Assembly (NCBI GenBank): GCA_964479005.1 | Contig: CAYZJA010000002.1 | Span: forward strand, 160,001 to 224,000 | Direction of reading: 5' to 3' | Length of the DNA stretch: 64,000 bases | From: an uncultured Candidatus Saccharibacteria bacterium | GTDB taxonomy: Bacteria > Patescibacteriota > Minisyncoccia > UBA6257 | In this document: piece after piece, positions 9,972 through 19,007 of the stretch | How the letters are laid out: every line of letters begins with the position of its first letter | How positions within the stretch are numbered: position 1 is the first letter of the stretch | The notes under the pieces: generated by a model | Seen by the model: the letters and a program-made list of their open reading frames with translations, nothing else | Told to the model about the DNA's origin: nothing | The model's database searches: none | Program-made: the position numbers and the translations under genes

Positions 9972-10187
9972 ATGTTTAAAAAGATTTACCAAAACTTAAA
10001 AAAGAAAAATTTATTTTTTTTGGCTGGAGGGTTAGTAATTATTATTGCTTGCGGTTTTCTGATAGTTTTTAGTTTGACTTTTTTAATAAAAAATATTAAT
10101 TTTGTATTAAAGCCAATTGCTCCGGAAAACTCTTCAATACATTTTGATATTTCTGAAGCAGAAAGGTTGTTTTTGCAAGATAAATAG
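9972..10187 (+). CDS. Small hypothetical membrane protein.
   Basis: 71-aa ORF with a single hydrophobic helix. No homology is recognisable. Confidence 0.3.
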   Translation: MFKKIYQNLKKKNLFFLAGGLVIIIACGFLIVFSLTFLIKNINFVLKPIAPENSSIHFDISEAERLFLQDK

Positions 10188-10194
10188 TTTTTAC

Positions 10195-10266
10195 GGGCGA
10201 CTAGCTCAGTGGTAGAGCGCGTCTCTGATAAAGACGAGGTCACAAGTTCGATCCTTGTGTCGCCCA
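10195..10266 (+). tRNA. tRNA-Ile (anticodon GAT).
   Basis: GGGCGAC..GTCGCCC acceptor stem, anticodon loop CTGATAA, T-loop GTTCGATCC. Confidence 0.85.
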
Positions 10267-10281
10267 CAATTTTCCTCCATC

Positions 10282-10357
10282 GGGCCCGTAGCTTAATTGG
10301 TAGAGCGCCTGTGTTGCATACAGGAGGTTGTCGGTTCGAGTCCGATCGGGTCCACCA
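10282..10357 (+). tRNA. tRNA-Ala (anticodon TGC), with encoded CCA.
   Basis: GGGCCCG..CGGGTCC acceptor stem with the G3:U70 identity pair region, anticodon loop GTTGCAT, 3' ACCA. Confidence 0.85.
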
Positions 10358-10393
10358 CGTTAGACGTGGTCCACCACGTTAAACGTGGTGGAC
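10350..10393 (+). repeat. Twin hairpins that overlap the tRNA-Ala 3' CCACCA end.
   Basis: ccaccacgttagacgtggt followed by ccaccacgttaaacgtggtgg. The same paired-hairpin family follows two other tRNAs at 63343-63386 and 63757-63800. Confidence 0.6.
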
Positions 10394-10488
10394 TTCAAAA
10401 TTTCTCCTTGCTTGACTAAGCTATATCTTATATAATAGAAGTATAAAAATTAAAGGTCGATAAAACTAAAATTTAAAATATAAAAAAT

Positions 10489-11172
10489 ATGTTTAATACT
10501 ATAGCTCAAGCTAGTTCCACTGCTTTGTTTGATTTATGGAATGGATTCATTTTGTTTTTACCTACTTTAATAGGAGGGTTTATAGTTTTTATTGTAGGTG
10601 TAATAATTGGTAATGGTATTGCCCAATTAGTAGAGAAATTGATTGATCTCTTAAAAATTGATCCAATTTTGGAAAAGGTTGGATTTAAACAAGTTACTGA
10701 TAAAGCTGGCATTCGTTTAGACGTAGGATTTTTTGTAGGTCAGATTGTCAAGTGGTTAATTATCCTGTCGTTCTTAGTGGCTGCTTGCAATATCTGGAAT
10801 TTGTCAGCTGTTGGTGATTTTATCAGAAGCATAGTTAATTATCTTCCAAATGTTTTAGTCGCGATCTTGATTCTTTTAGCGGCTATTGTTTTGGGAGAAT
10901 ATTTTGCTAAGTTTGTCCGCGCTTCTGTCGCAGGAGCTGGATTAAAATATCAGCACTTTCTAAGCGGTGTATCCCGTTGGGTATTTGTTATATTTGGACT
11001 CATAGCAGCTTTATCTCAATTACAAGTTGCTCCTTATATTATCAATACCTTCTTTACGGGAATTGTGGCTATGATGGCAATAGCCGGAGGTTTGTCATTC
11101 GGTTTAGGAGGAAAAGATTTAGCACGTGAATTATTGGCAAAGTTGAAAGGAGATTTAGAAGGAGGAGAGTAA
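10489..11172 (+). CDS. Membrane protein with a duplicated conserved TM-helix repeat (MscS-N-terminal-like).
   Basis: Two internally similar halves (~res 1-110 and 110-227), each with paired TM helices. Confidence 0.5.
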   Translation: MFNTIAQASSTALFDLWNGFILFLPTLIGGFIVFIVGVIIGNGIAQLVEKLIDLLKIDPILEKVGFKQVTDKAGIRLDVGFFVGQIVKWLIILSFLVAACNIWNLSAVGDFIRSIVNYLPNVLVAILILLAAIVLGEYFAKFVRASVAGAGLKYQHFLSGVSRWVFVIFGLIAALSQLQVAPYIINTFFTGIVAMMAIAGGLSFGLGGKDLARELLAKLKGDLEGGE

Positions 11173-11177
11173 GACTT

Positions 11178-11206
11178 GACAAATTATTTTTCTTTGCTAT
11201 AATGGA
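11178..11206 (+). promoter_or_regulatory. Candidate sigma70-type promoter P1 upstream of the 23S rRNA.
   Basis: TTGACA - 17 nt - TATAAT. Confidence 0.55.
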
Positions 11207-11287
11207 AGTGCTGTTGTCTTGAGGTATATAGCTTGCTATATATTAAAGGGCAGCAGCATTTTTTTATACACAAAACTCAATAAGGGG

Positions 11288-11315
11288 TTGACTTTTAAAA
11301 AATATTTACTATAAT
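11288..11315 (+). promoter_or_regulatory. Candidate sigma70-type promoter P2 upstream of the 23S rRNA.
   Basis: TTGACT - 16 nt - TATAAT. The tandem arrangement with P1 is typical of rRNA operons. Confidence 0.55.
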
Positions 11316-12129
11316 TAAAATACTTCTATTTTAATTGCAACGTTCTTGATTTATAATCAGAAAGTTGCAATAATAAGAAGGCTGAATAAAATATGAAAAT
11401 CTTTAAAGAAAACTCTCAGAAACAAAGAAGTTGGTAGGTGTATTACACACGTATTTTAACGCCACCACTTCATGGTGGCTTTTTTAATCCAAGATTTTCT
11501 GACAGAGAGTTCACAAGAGATGACTGAACTTTGAAAACGACTGTCTTTAGTTTGTCTTTTCACTAAAGATGGGAAAGTTGTATTAAGGGCAGATGGTGGA
11601 TGCCTTGACACAGTAAGGCGATGAAGGACGCGGCGTAGCTGCGATAAGCCTCGGGAAGGTGCGTAGTAACCTTTGATCCGGGGATTTCCGAATGGGGCAA
11701 CCCATTCCGATTAATATCGGAATATCCTGATTTTAATAATTAGGAGGCGTACCTGGGGAAGTGAAACATCTCAGTACCCAGAGGAAAAGAAAACAATAAA
11801 ATACATTTTACTACTGTTGTTTAGTACTGAATAGTAGCTAAATGTATTTGTGATTCCTTGAGTAGCGGCGAGTGAAAGAGGAGAAGCCTAAACCAAGCAT
11901 TCAATTTATTGAGTATTTGGGGTTATAAGGTGGATGCGCGGAAGCTTCGGCTTTCAAAATTTAAATCATAATTAATTAAATTATCTGGAAAGATAAACCA
12001 CAGAGGGTGAAAGTCCCGTAGATGAAAATTATTATTGAATTTAGTATCTTTTCTTAATTACCTCGGGGACAGATAACCTTGAGGGAAGGATCCGGAACTA
12101 TACCGGAAAGGCTAAATACTTACTGTGAT

Positions 12130-12175
<46 letters not shown>

Positions 12176-13733
12176 GAGGGGAGTGAAATAGAACCTGAAA
12201 CCATTTTGCCTACAAGCAATCGAAGTCGAGCACTCAGTTTTCTGAGTGCTGGATAACGGTGTGCCTATTGAAGAATGAGCCGACGAGTTTATATCTACTG
12301 CTTAGATTAATTTCGTAAATCGAAAGTAGTCATAGGGAAACCGAGTGTTAATAGCGCGTCATTAATTCTTCTTTTTATCTCGGTTTTCGGGATAAAAAGA
12401 TTAATTAAAATGTAGTGGATATGAGACCCGAAGCCAGGCGAGCTTGCCATGACCAGGATGAACCCCATAGAAATATGGGTGGAGGTCCGAACCCGTGAGC
12501 CGTTCAATACTCTGGGATGAGTTGTGGTAAGGAGTGAAAAGCTAATCGAGCCTGGGAATAGCTGGTTCTCCCCGAAATAGCTTTAGGGCTAGCGGGCTAT
12601 TTATCCTTATGGGGGTAGAGCACTGGATGGTGTGTATAGGGCGAAAGCTCAGCTCACCAATCAAACTCCGAATACCATTAAGGTTATGATAGCCTAGTTA
12701 GACTATGGGGGCGAAGCTCCATGGTCAAAAGGCAACGAATCCAGATCGCAGTTTAAGGTCCCTAAATTTTGGTTAAGTGCTGTCAAAGGTAGTAATTTAC
12801 CATAGACAATTAGTAGGTTGGCTTAGAGGTAGCCATCCTTTAAAGAGTGTGTAACAACTCACTATTCGATCTTGATCTTCGGATCAAGGTGGTAAATTGC
12901 GCCGAAAATGTATCGGGGCTAAAACCAAATACCGAAAACGCGAATTTATCCCAACTAAGGTTGGGGTGAGTGGTAGGGGAGCGTTTCTTAAGCATTGAAG
13001 TTCATAACGTGAGTTTGGATGGAGCTTAAGGAAGTGAGAATGTCGGCATGAGTAACCACAATCCTGATGAGAATTCAGGACTCCGTAAACCTAAGGTTTC
13101 TTTGGCAATGACAATCAGCCAAAGGTTAGGCGGTCCTAAGGCAATGGCGAAAGCTGCAGCCGATGGACAGCCGGTTAATATTCCGGCCCTTCCATTTTTT
13201 TCGATGGGATGACGGAGTGTAGTAGATCGAGCATCTTAGTGGTCTGATGTCTTCGACCGAGAGTGTGTGTCAGGCAAATCCGGCGCATGGTCCCGATTTA
13301 TCGGGACAACTTTCAGGGTAGAAGCGAATTAAGGTTTTTCCTTAATAAGTTGATCGAGCGCACTTCCAAGAAAAATCTCTAAGAATAGGAAAATGGAATC
13401 CGTACCGTAAACCAACACAGGTAGGTGAGGCGAGTAGCCTCAGGAGAACGAGTGATTCCTCGTTAAGGAACTCGGCAAAAAAGCGGGCGTAACTTCGGGA
13501 TAAGCCCTTCCTACCTAAATTTTGCTTGCAAAGTTTAGGCAGGGCGCAGCGAAAGTTTCCCTGGCGACTGTTTACCAAAAACACAGGTCCCTGCGAAACC
13601 GTAAGGTGATGTATAGGGGCTGATGCCTGTCCGATGCCAGAAGGTTAAGAGCGTCGGTCATTTCGATTTATCGGAATGGCTAAGTGCTTGAAGCCCTGGT
13701 CAATGACAGCGATAACTATAATCGTTCTAAGGT

Positions 13734-14449
13734 GGGATACTGCCTTAGTAAAATTCGGCTATATGCTGGAACATCTGGTGTATCCAAGACTACTATGGTA
13801 TAATATGACCATAAAAATATGAGTTATAATATACCAAGTAACAATGTTTTTGGCGCAGACAATCAGCAGGAAAGACTCAGAATTGCTTATTGGATTTTAG
13901 GCTTTACTGATGGTGAAGGATGTTTTTCAATTGCTGTGATAGAGAACAAAACTACTAAATTTGGGAAACAGATTTTTCCTGAATTTGTAATTACACAAGG
14001 AGAAAAAAGTTTAACTGCATTAAAGAAAATTAAAAAATTCTTTGGTTGCGGAAACATTTTTATCAACAAACGATATGATAATCATAATGAGAACTTATAT
14101 CGTTATTGTGTACGTTCTTTACATGACTTAGATAAGAAAATAATTCCGTTTTTTGAAAAATATCAACTCCAAACGTATAAGCAAAATGATTTTTTAATTT
14201 TTAAAAAAGTCATAAAATTCATGATAAAGAAAGAACATTTAACTGAAAAAGGCAGAAAGAAAATTCTTGTCCTCCTCAGTAAAATGAACCATAGAAAAAA
14301 GCGATTTTGAGAATCCTCAGAGACTATATGCCGAACTCCAATATTATATTGGAGAAGATATAGTCCGAACTGCATAGCGATATGCAGAAATAAGCAGAAA
14401 TGTTTATTCGACCTTTAGATTGATTTTCTAGAGGTTAGTAACAAAATTG
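13734..14449 (+). mobile_element. Group I intron in the 23S rRNA at E. coli-equivalent position ~1917.
   Basis: The conserved exon sequence CTAAGGT / AGCGTAATTCCTTGTCGGGTAA is interrupted. The 5' exon ends in U, the intron ends in G, and it contains a LAGLIDADG ORF. Confidence 0.75.
13819..14310 (+). CDS. LAGLIDADG homing endonuclease encoded in intron 1.
   Basis: ILGFTDGEGCFSI matches the LAGLIDADG motif. The 163-aa protein is basic and lies wholly within the 23S intron. Confidence 0.75.
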   Translation: MSYNIPSNNVFGADNQQERLRIAYWILGFTDGEGCFSIAVIENKTTKFGKQIFPEFVITQGEKSLTALKKIKKFFGCGNIFINKRYDNHNENLYRYCVRSLHDLDKKIIPFFEKYQLQTYKQNDFLIFKKVIKFMIKKEHLTEKGRKKILVLLSKMNHRKKRF

Positions 14450-15110
14450 AGCGTAATTCCTTGTCGGGTAATTTCCGACGTGCATGAAAGGTATAACGAC
14501 TGGGGAACTGTCTCAACGAGGAGCTCGGTGAAAATGCGTGTCCAGCGAAGACGCTGGGTACCCGCAGCAAGACGAAAAGACCCTAGAAGCTTTACTACAG
14601 CTTGGTATTGAATTTAGTTTTAATCTGCGTAGCGTAGCGGGGAGACTTTGAAGTTTCGCTTTCGGGCGAGATGGAGTCGCCAATGAAACACCCGTCTTTT
14701 TGAAGCTATGTTCTAATCCCGACGGCAAAAACGTCGTGAGACAGTGCCTGGTGGGTAGTTTTCGTGGGGCGCGATCCTCCTAAAGAGTAACGGAGGAGCC
14801 TACTAAGGTTGGCTATCTGCCAATGGAAACGGCAGAGGTAGTGTAAAGGCAAAAGCCAGCTTTATAGTGAGGGAGACATCCCAAACTATTGCGAAAGCAG
14901 AGCTTAGTGACCCGATACGTCATTGTAGAATGCGTAGAGACGTCGGATAAAAGCTACTCTAGGGATAACAGGCTGGTGGAGCCCGAAAGTTCATATCGAC
15001 GGCTCCGCTCGGCACCTCGATGTCGGCTCATCTTATCCTGGGGCTGAAGAAGGTCCCAAGGGTTTGGCTGTTCGCCAATTAAAAAGATACGCGAGCTGGG
15101 TTCAGACCGT

Positions 15111-15838
15111 CGATTTGGCGGCCTAGAAGAGTAATCTTCTATGGAAAAAGTTGACTCATATAGATGAAACCCTATTACATAAATTGTATTTTAACCTGTC
15201 GTGTGGTAGGATAATATCTAGGGAAGTTTAACTTTTTTAAACGTGAAACATCTTTCAAAGACTCAATGTGCTTATATCGCTGGGTTTTTAGATGGTGACG
15301 GAAGTCTTTATATTAGGATTAAACCTAATAAGGATTATCGGTTTAACTATCAAATAGCCCCCAATATAGTATTTTATCAATCCCAAAAAGGATGGTTATT
15401 TCTTCAGAAAATTAAAAAAATGATTAGCGCTGGTTATATGAGAAAAAGAAATGACGGGATTGCAGAATATATTATTGGTGATGTAGCAACAATGTCTTCT
15501 TTGTTGAAGCAAATATCTTCATTTCTGATATTTAAAAAGAAACAAGCACAATTGTTTCTAAGAATTCTTCAAAAGAAAACAAAGGTAAAAACAAAAGAAG
15601 ATTTTATAGCTTTAGCTATAATGATTGATAAATTGGAAAAATTAAATTATTCCAAAAAAAGGCGCATTACTTCGCAAGTTGTTATCAACACGTTAAAAAA
15701 GTTGTAACCCCTTAGAGACTTGTTCTGGTTTTTACCAGAACGGAATAGAGATTTTTAATCTCTATTAATACGTCAACCTCCTAATAAAATATTAGGATGA
15801 TGGTATAGTCCATACATAAAGTAATTTATGATTATATG
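15111..15838 (+). mobile_element. Group I intron in the 23S rRNA at E. coli-equivalent position ~2593.
   Basis: The conserved exon GAGCTGGGTTCAGACCGT / CGTGAGACAGGTCGGCC is interrupted. A CG ambiguity leaves the boundaries uncertain by ±2 nt. The intron ends in G. Confidence 0.7.
15243..15707 (+). CDS. LAGLIDADG homing endonuclease encoded in intron 2.
   Basis: YIAGFLDGDGSLYI matches the LAGLIDADG motif. 154 aa, lying within the second 23S intron. Confidence 0.75.
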   Translation: MKHLSKTQCAYIAGFLDGDGSLYIRIKPNKDYRFNYQIAPNIVFYQSQKGWLFLQKIKKMISAGYMRKRNDGIAEYIIGDVATMSSLLKQISSFLIFKKKQAQLFLRILQKKTKVKTKEDFIALAIMIDKLEKLNYSKKRRITSQVVINTLKKL

Positions 15839-15980
15839 CGTGAGACAGGTCGGCCTCTATCTGCTGTGGGCGTTCGATACTTGAGGAGAGCTGATCGCAG
15901 TACGAGAGGACCCGATTGGACGAACCTCTGGTCTACCGGTTGTCCTGCCAAGGGCATCGCCGGGTAGCTATGTTCGGAAG

Positions 15981-16013
<33 letters not shown>

Positions 16014-16173
16014 CACTCCAAGATTAGGTATCGTTTCCCATTTATGGGAGTGAGATTCCTGGAAGATGACCAGGTTGATAGGCTCTAGGTGGAAGTCCAG
16101 TAATGGATTAAGCCGAGGAGTACTAATTATCAAAGCAACTTTCCTATCTTTAGTGAAAAGAAATATTTTAAAA

Positions 16174-16286
16174 TTCCGCTGGTGTTTTACTTAATTATGG
16201 TCCACCTCTTCCCATTCCGAACAGAGAAGTGAAAGTAATTAAGCCCGATGATACTCTTTTGGGGAAAGTAGGGTATGCCAGCGGTT
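16174..16286 (+). rRNA. rrf: 5S rRNA.
   Basis: CCGCTGG..GGTCCACCTCTTCCCATTCCGAACAGAGAAGTGAAAG..GTAGGGTATGCCAGCGG aligns with bacterial 5S. It is followed by a T-run. Confidence 0.85.
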
Positions 16287-16522
16287 TTTTATTTTTAAAT
16301 AAGTATTTCCCCCTTCTCTCCTGCATTCCAGCAGAGACAAACAATATTCACTCGCTCTGGAAGCCTTCCGGAATTTGTTTGTATCTCTGCTTCCATTAAT
16401 GTCGTTCAGGAGCAAATACTTATTTATCTTAATATGTTATTGGTTTAAAAATTAAAAATTGGAAATTTAAAATTATACCAGCGGTTTTTTTATTTGTATT
16501 TCTTATGATATAATAGCTAACA

Positions 16523-17875
16523 ATGGACAAACGATTAAGAAAACAAATTGTTATTGCTTTGGTATTTTTAGGCATTTTTTCGCTTATTGGCGGGGGAATT
16601 TATTTAACTCATCGTTCAGCTCCAACTTGTTTTGATAATAAGCGCAATCAAGGAGAAGAAGACGTAGATTGCGGAGGTCCTTGTATCTTGTGTGAATTAA
16701 AATACAATCCTCCACTTTCTTTAGCTGACTCTCCTGTTTTATTAGTTAATCAAGAAAATAAAGTTGACATCCTTTTTAAAATTACTAATTTAAGCCAGGA
16801 ATGGGGAGCTCAAGAATTTTTTTACAAAGTGATTCTTATAGGATCTAACCAAGAGAAACAAGAATTTATTAAATCTGGATTTATTTTTCCTCACGAGATT
16901 AGATATTTTATAGTTCCTAACATTGCGGTAGCATTTGAACCTTCAGAAGCTGATATAGAAATTTTGACAGAAACAATTGTATGGAATAAGCCATTATCAG
17001 GCATAGATCTTAATTTAGGAGATCCTTTTATTGTTACAAATACTAAAATAATAAAACCCCAGCCTATTCCCGGGGTTGATTATAATGTTTATACTTTTAC
17101 AAAAACTCTTGTATTGGGAATGAAAGATGCAGAAGTTTTTAACCTTCAGAAGGTTCTTCGCCTGGACCCCGCTATTTATCCTGAAGGTGAAGTAACTGGA
17201 TATTTTGGAAAATTAACAGAAGCTGCGGTAAAAAGATTTCAGAAAAAATATGGTATCAGGACTACTGGTCAAGTTGGTCCTCAGACAAGAGCAAAACTTC
17301 ATGAACTCTATGGACCTAGTGATATGGGGCCATTTAGCTATATTTTTACTTTAACTTTAAAAAAAGGGAATCGAGGTAATGAAGTGCTTAACTTACAAAG
17401 GGCGTTAATGTTGGATTCAACAGTTAGTCCTTTAGGCTCTATTACAGGTTATTTTGGGGAAATTACTGAAAAAGCAGTAAAAGATTTTCAGAGAAAATAT
17501 GGTATTAGAATTACTGGTCAAGTTGGTCCATTAACAAGGGATAAATTAAATGAACTTTTTAGTGAACCTCCTGAGACGATAACTGGTTTACCAGGAGAAC
17601 AATTAGAACCTTTTGAAGCCACTTTGGAAGTTAAAGGTGATGTTTATAATAGCACTTCATATAATTGGCGAAATGGAAATATAGCTATAATTCTTTGTGA
17701 TGATAAAAGAAAACCTGTTTCTGTAGGGACGACAGTTTTAGAAGATATTTATTCTGGCAAATCTTCTCAATTTGTTATTCAATGGCACCAGAAATTACCT
17801 GATGATATTACTATTTGTGAGAAAATTACAAATATTAATATTTTAGATGCGGAAAATGTTTTCTTAACTCCTTAG
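16523..17875 (+). CDS. Membrane-anchored protein with two peptidoglycan-binding (PG_binding_1-like) repeats.
   Basis: N-terminal TM helix and two ~60-aa repeats (..NLQ.AL.LD....P.G.ITGYFG..TE.AVK.FQ.KYGIR.TGQVGP.TR.KL). Confidence 0.6.
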   Translation: MDKRLRKQIVIALVFLGIFSLIGGGIYLTHRSAPTCFDNKRNQGEEDVDCGGPCILCELKYNPPLSLADSPVLLVNQENKVDILFKITNLSQEWGAQEFFYKVILIGSNQEKQEFIKSGFIFPHEIRYFIVPNIAVAFEPSEADIEILTETIVWNKPLSGIDLNLGDPFIVTNTKIIKPQPIPGVDYNVYTFTKTLVLGMKDAEVFNLQKVLRLDPAIYPEGEVTGYFGKLTEAAVKRFQKKYGIRTTGQVGPQTRAKLHELYGPSDMGPFSYIFTLTLKKGNRGNEVLNLQRALMLDSTVSPLGSITGYFGEITEKAVKDFQRKYGIRITGQVGPLTRDKLNELFSEPPETITGLPGEQLEPFEATLEVKGDVYNSTSYNWRNGNIAIILCDDKRKPVSVGTTVLEDIYSGKSSQFVIQWHQKLPDDITICEKITNINILDAENVFLTP

Positions 17876-17891
17876 CTTGCGCAAATAAATT

Positions 17892-18968
17892 ATGTTTAAG
17901 ACTGACTCTCTTTTGTTTTTCTCTCTCTTTATTTTGATTGCCCTAGGTTTATTAGTGTTATGGAGCATATCTTCTCAAGATGCTGCTCCTTTTTTTTCTT
18001 TTAAAAAACAACTGGTTCTTTTAGCAATAAGCATTTGCGCGTTTTTTGTTTTTTCCTTTTTGGATTGGCGAATTTTTAATTCTTCCCAATTAATTCTGAT
18101 TTTATATCTTTCATCCTTAGTTTTATTAGTTGTTGTATTGTTTTTTGGAGACAAGAGCAGTGGGGTGGCTGGTTGGTTTAATTTTGGATCATTTAGTTTT
18201 CAGCCAATAGAAATAGCAAAACTTTCTTTAATTATAATATTAGCTAAATATTTATCATCTCGGCATTTGGAAATTTGGCGGTTCCGTCATCTATTAACCT
18301 CTGGGTTTTTTACTTTTACTCCAATGGCTTTAATTGCCGCCCAGCCTGATTTAGGCGGCGCAATGATATTTGGAGCAATTTGGCTTGGTTTGGTATTTAT
18401 AAGTGGAATCAGATTTAAACAAATCATTCTTTTAATTATTATTTTTGGCTTAGTAGCGGGTTTGTCCTGGAGTTTTCTTTTAAAACCTTATCAGCAATCC
18501 CGAATTCTTAGCTTTATATATCCGCAAGAGGATCCTTTAGGGGTTGGATATCATAGAGAACAGGCATTGATTGCCATTGGCTCTGGCAGAATCTTTGGCA
18601 GAGATTTGGGTTGGGGCTCTCAAACAAATTTGCGTTTTTTACCATTAGCCAAGACTGATTTTATTTTTGCCTCTTTAGCTGAATCATTGGGTCTGTTTGG
18701 CGTTTCTGTGTTATTAGTCTGTTTTTTATTTATTTTTTATCGGTTGGTTATTTGGGCTAATACATTTTCTTATAATTTTTGCAAACTTTTTACTATTGGA
18801 TTTACCATTAAATTGTTAATTGGGGTTTTTGTTAATATTGGAATGAATTTGGGACTGCTTCCTATTGTGGGAATAGCCCTACCTTTTATTTCCGCAGGAG
18901 GTTCTCATCTTTTAATAGATTTTATTGGCCTGGGGATAATAAACAGTATGATAATCCACCGTGCCTAA
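17892..18968 (+). CDS. ftsW: SEDS-family cell-wall polymerase/flippase (FtsW/RodA).
   Basis: ~10 TM helices with conserved blocks QPIEIAKL and PLAKTDFIFASLAESLG, plus a C-terminal GGS motif. Confidence 0.8.
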   Translation: MFKTDSLLFFSLFILIALGLLVLWSISSQDAAPFFSFKKQLVLLAISICAFFVFSFLDWRIFNSSQLILILYLSSLVLLVVVLFFGDKSSGVAGWFNFGSFSFQPIEIAKLSLIIILAKYLSSRHLEIWRFRHLLTSGFFTFTPMALIAAQPDLGGAMIFGAIWLGLVFISGIRFKQIILLIIIFGLVAGLSWSFLLKPYQQSRILSFIYPQEDPLGVGYHREQALIAIGSGRIFGRDLGWGSQTNLRFLPLAKTDFIFASLAESLGLFGVSVLLVCFLFIFYRLVIWANTFSYNFCKLFTIGFTIKLLIGVFVNIGMNLGLLPIVGIALPFISAGGSHLLIDFIGLGIINSMIIHRA

Positions 18969-19007
18969 CTTTAAACTCTTAAACTTTTACACATTAAACG
19001 TTATATA

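Noticed and set aside
10350-10393. Possibility that the repeated hairpins next to tRNAs are a CRISPR array.
   Set aside because: There are only two adjacent units per site and no regular repeat-spacer periodicity. The units are palindromic hairpins tied to tRNA 3' ends.
10412-10436. TTGACT…TATAAT pair upstream of the 10489 membrane-protein gene as a promoter.
   Set aside because: The spacer is only ~13 nt, too short for a canonical sigma70 promoter, so it is not reported as a feature.
9428-11570. A 16S rRNA gene upstream of tRNA-Ile/Ala.
   Set aside because: No 16S-like sequence is present anywhere in the window. Upstream of the tRNAs are protein-coding genes (dprA etc.).
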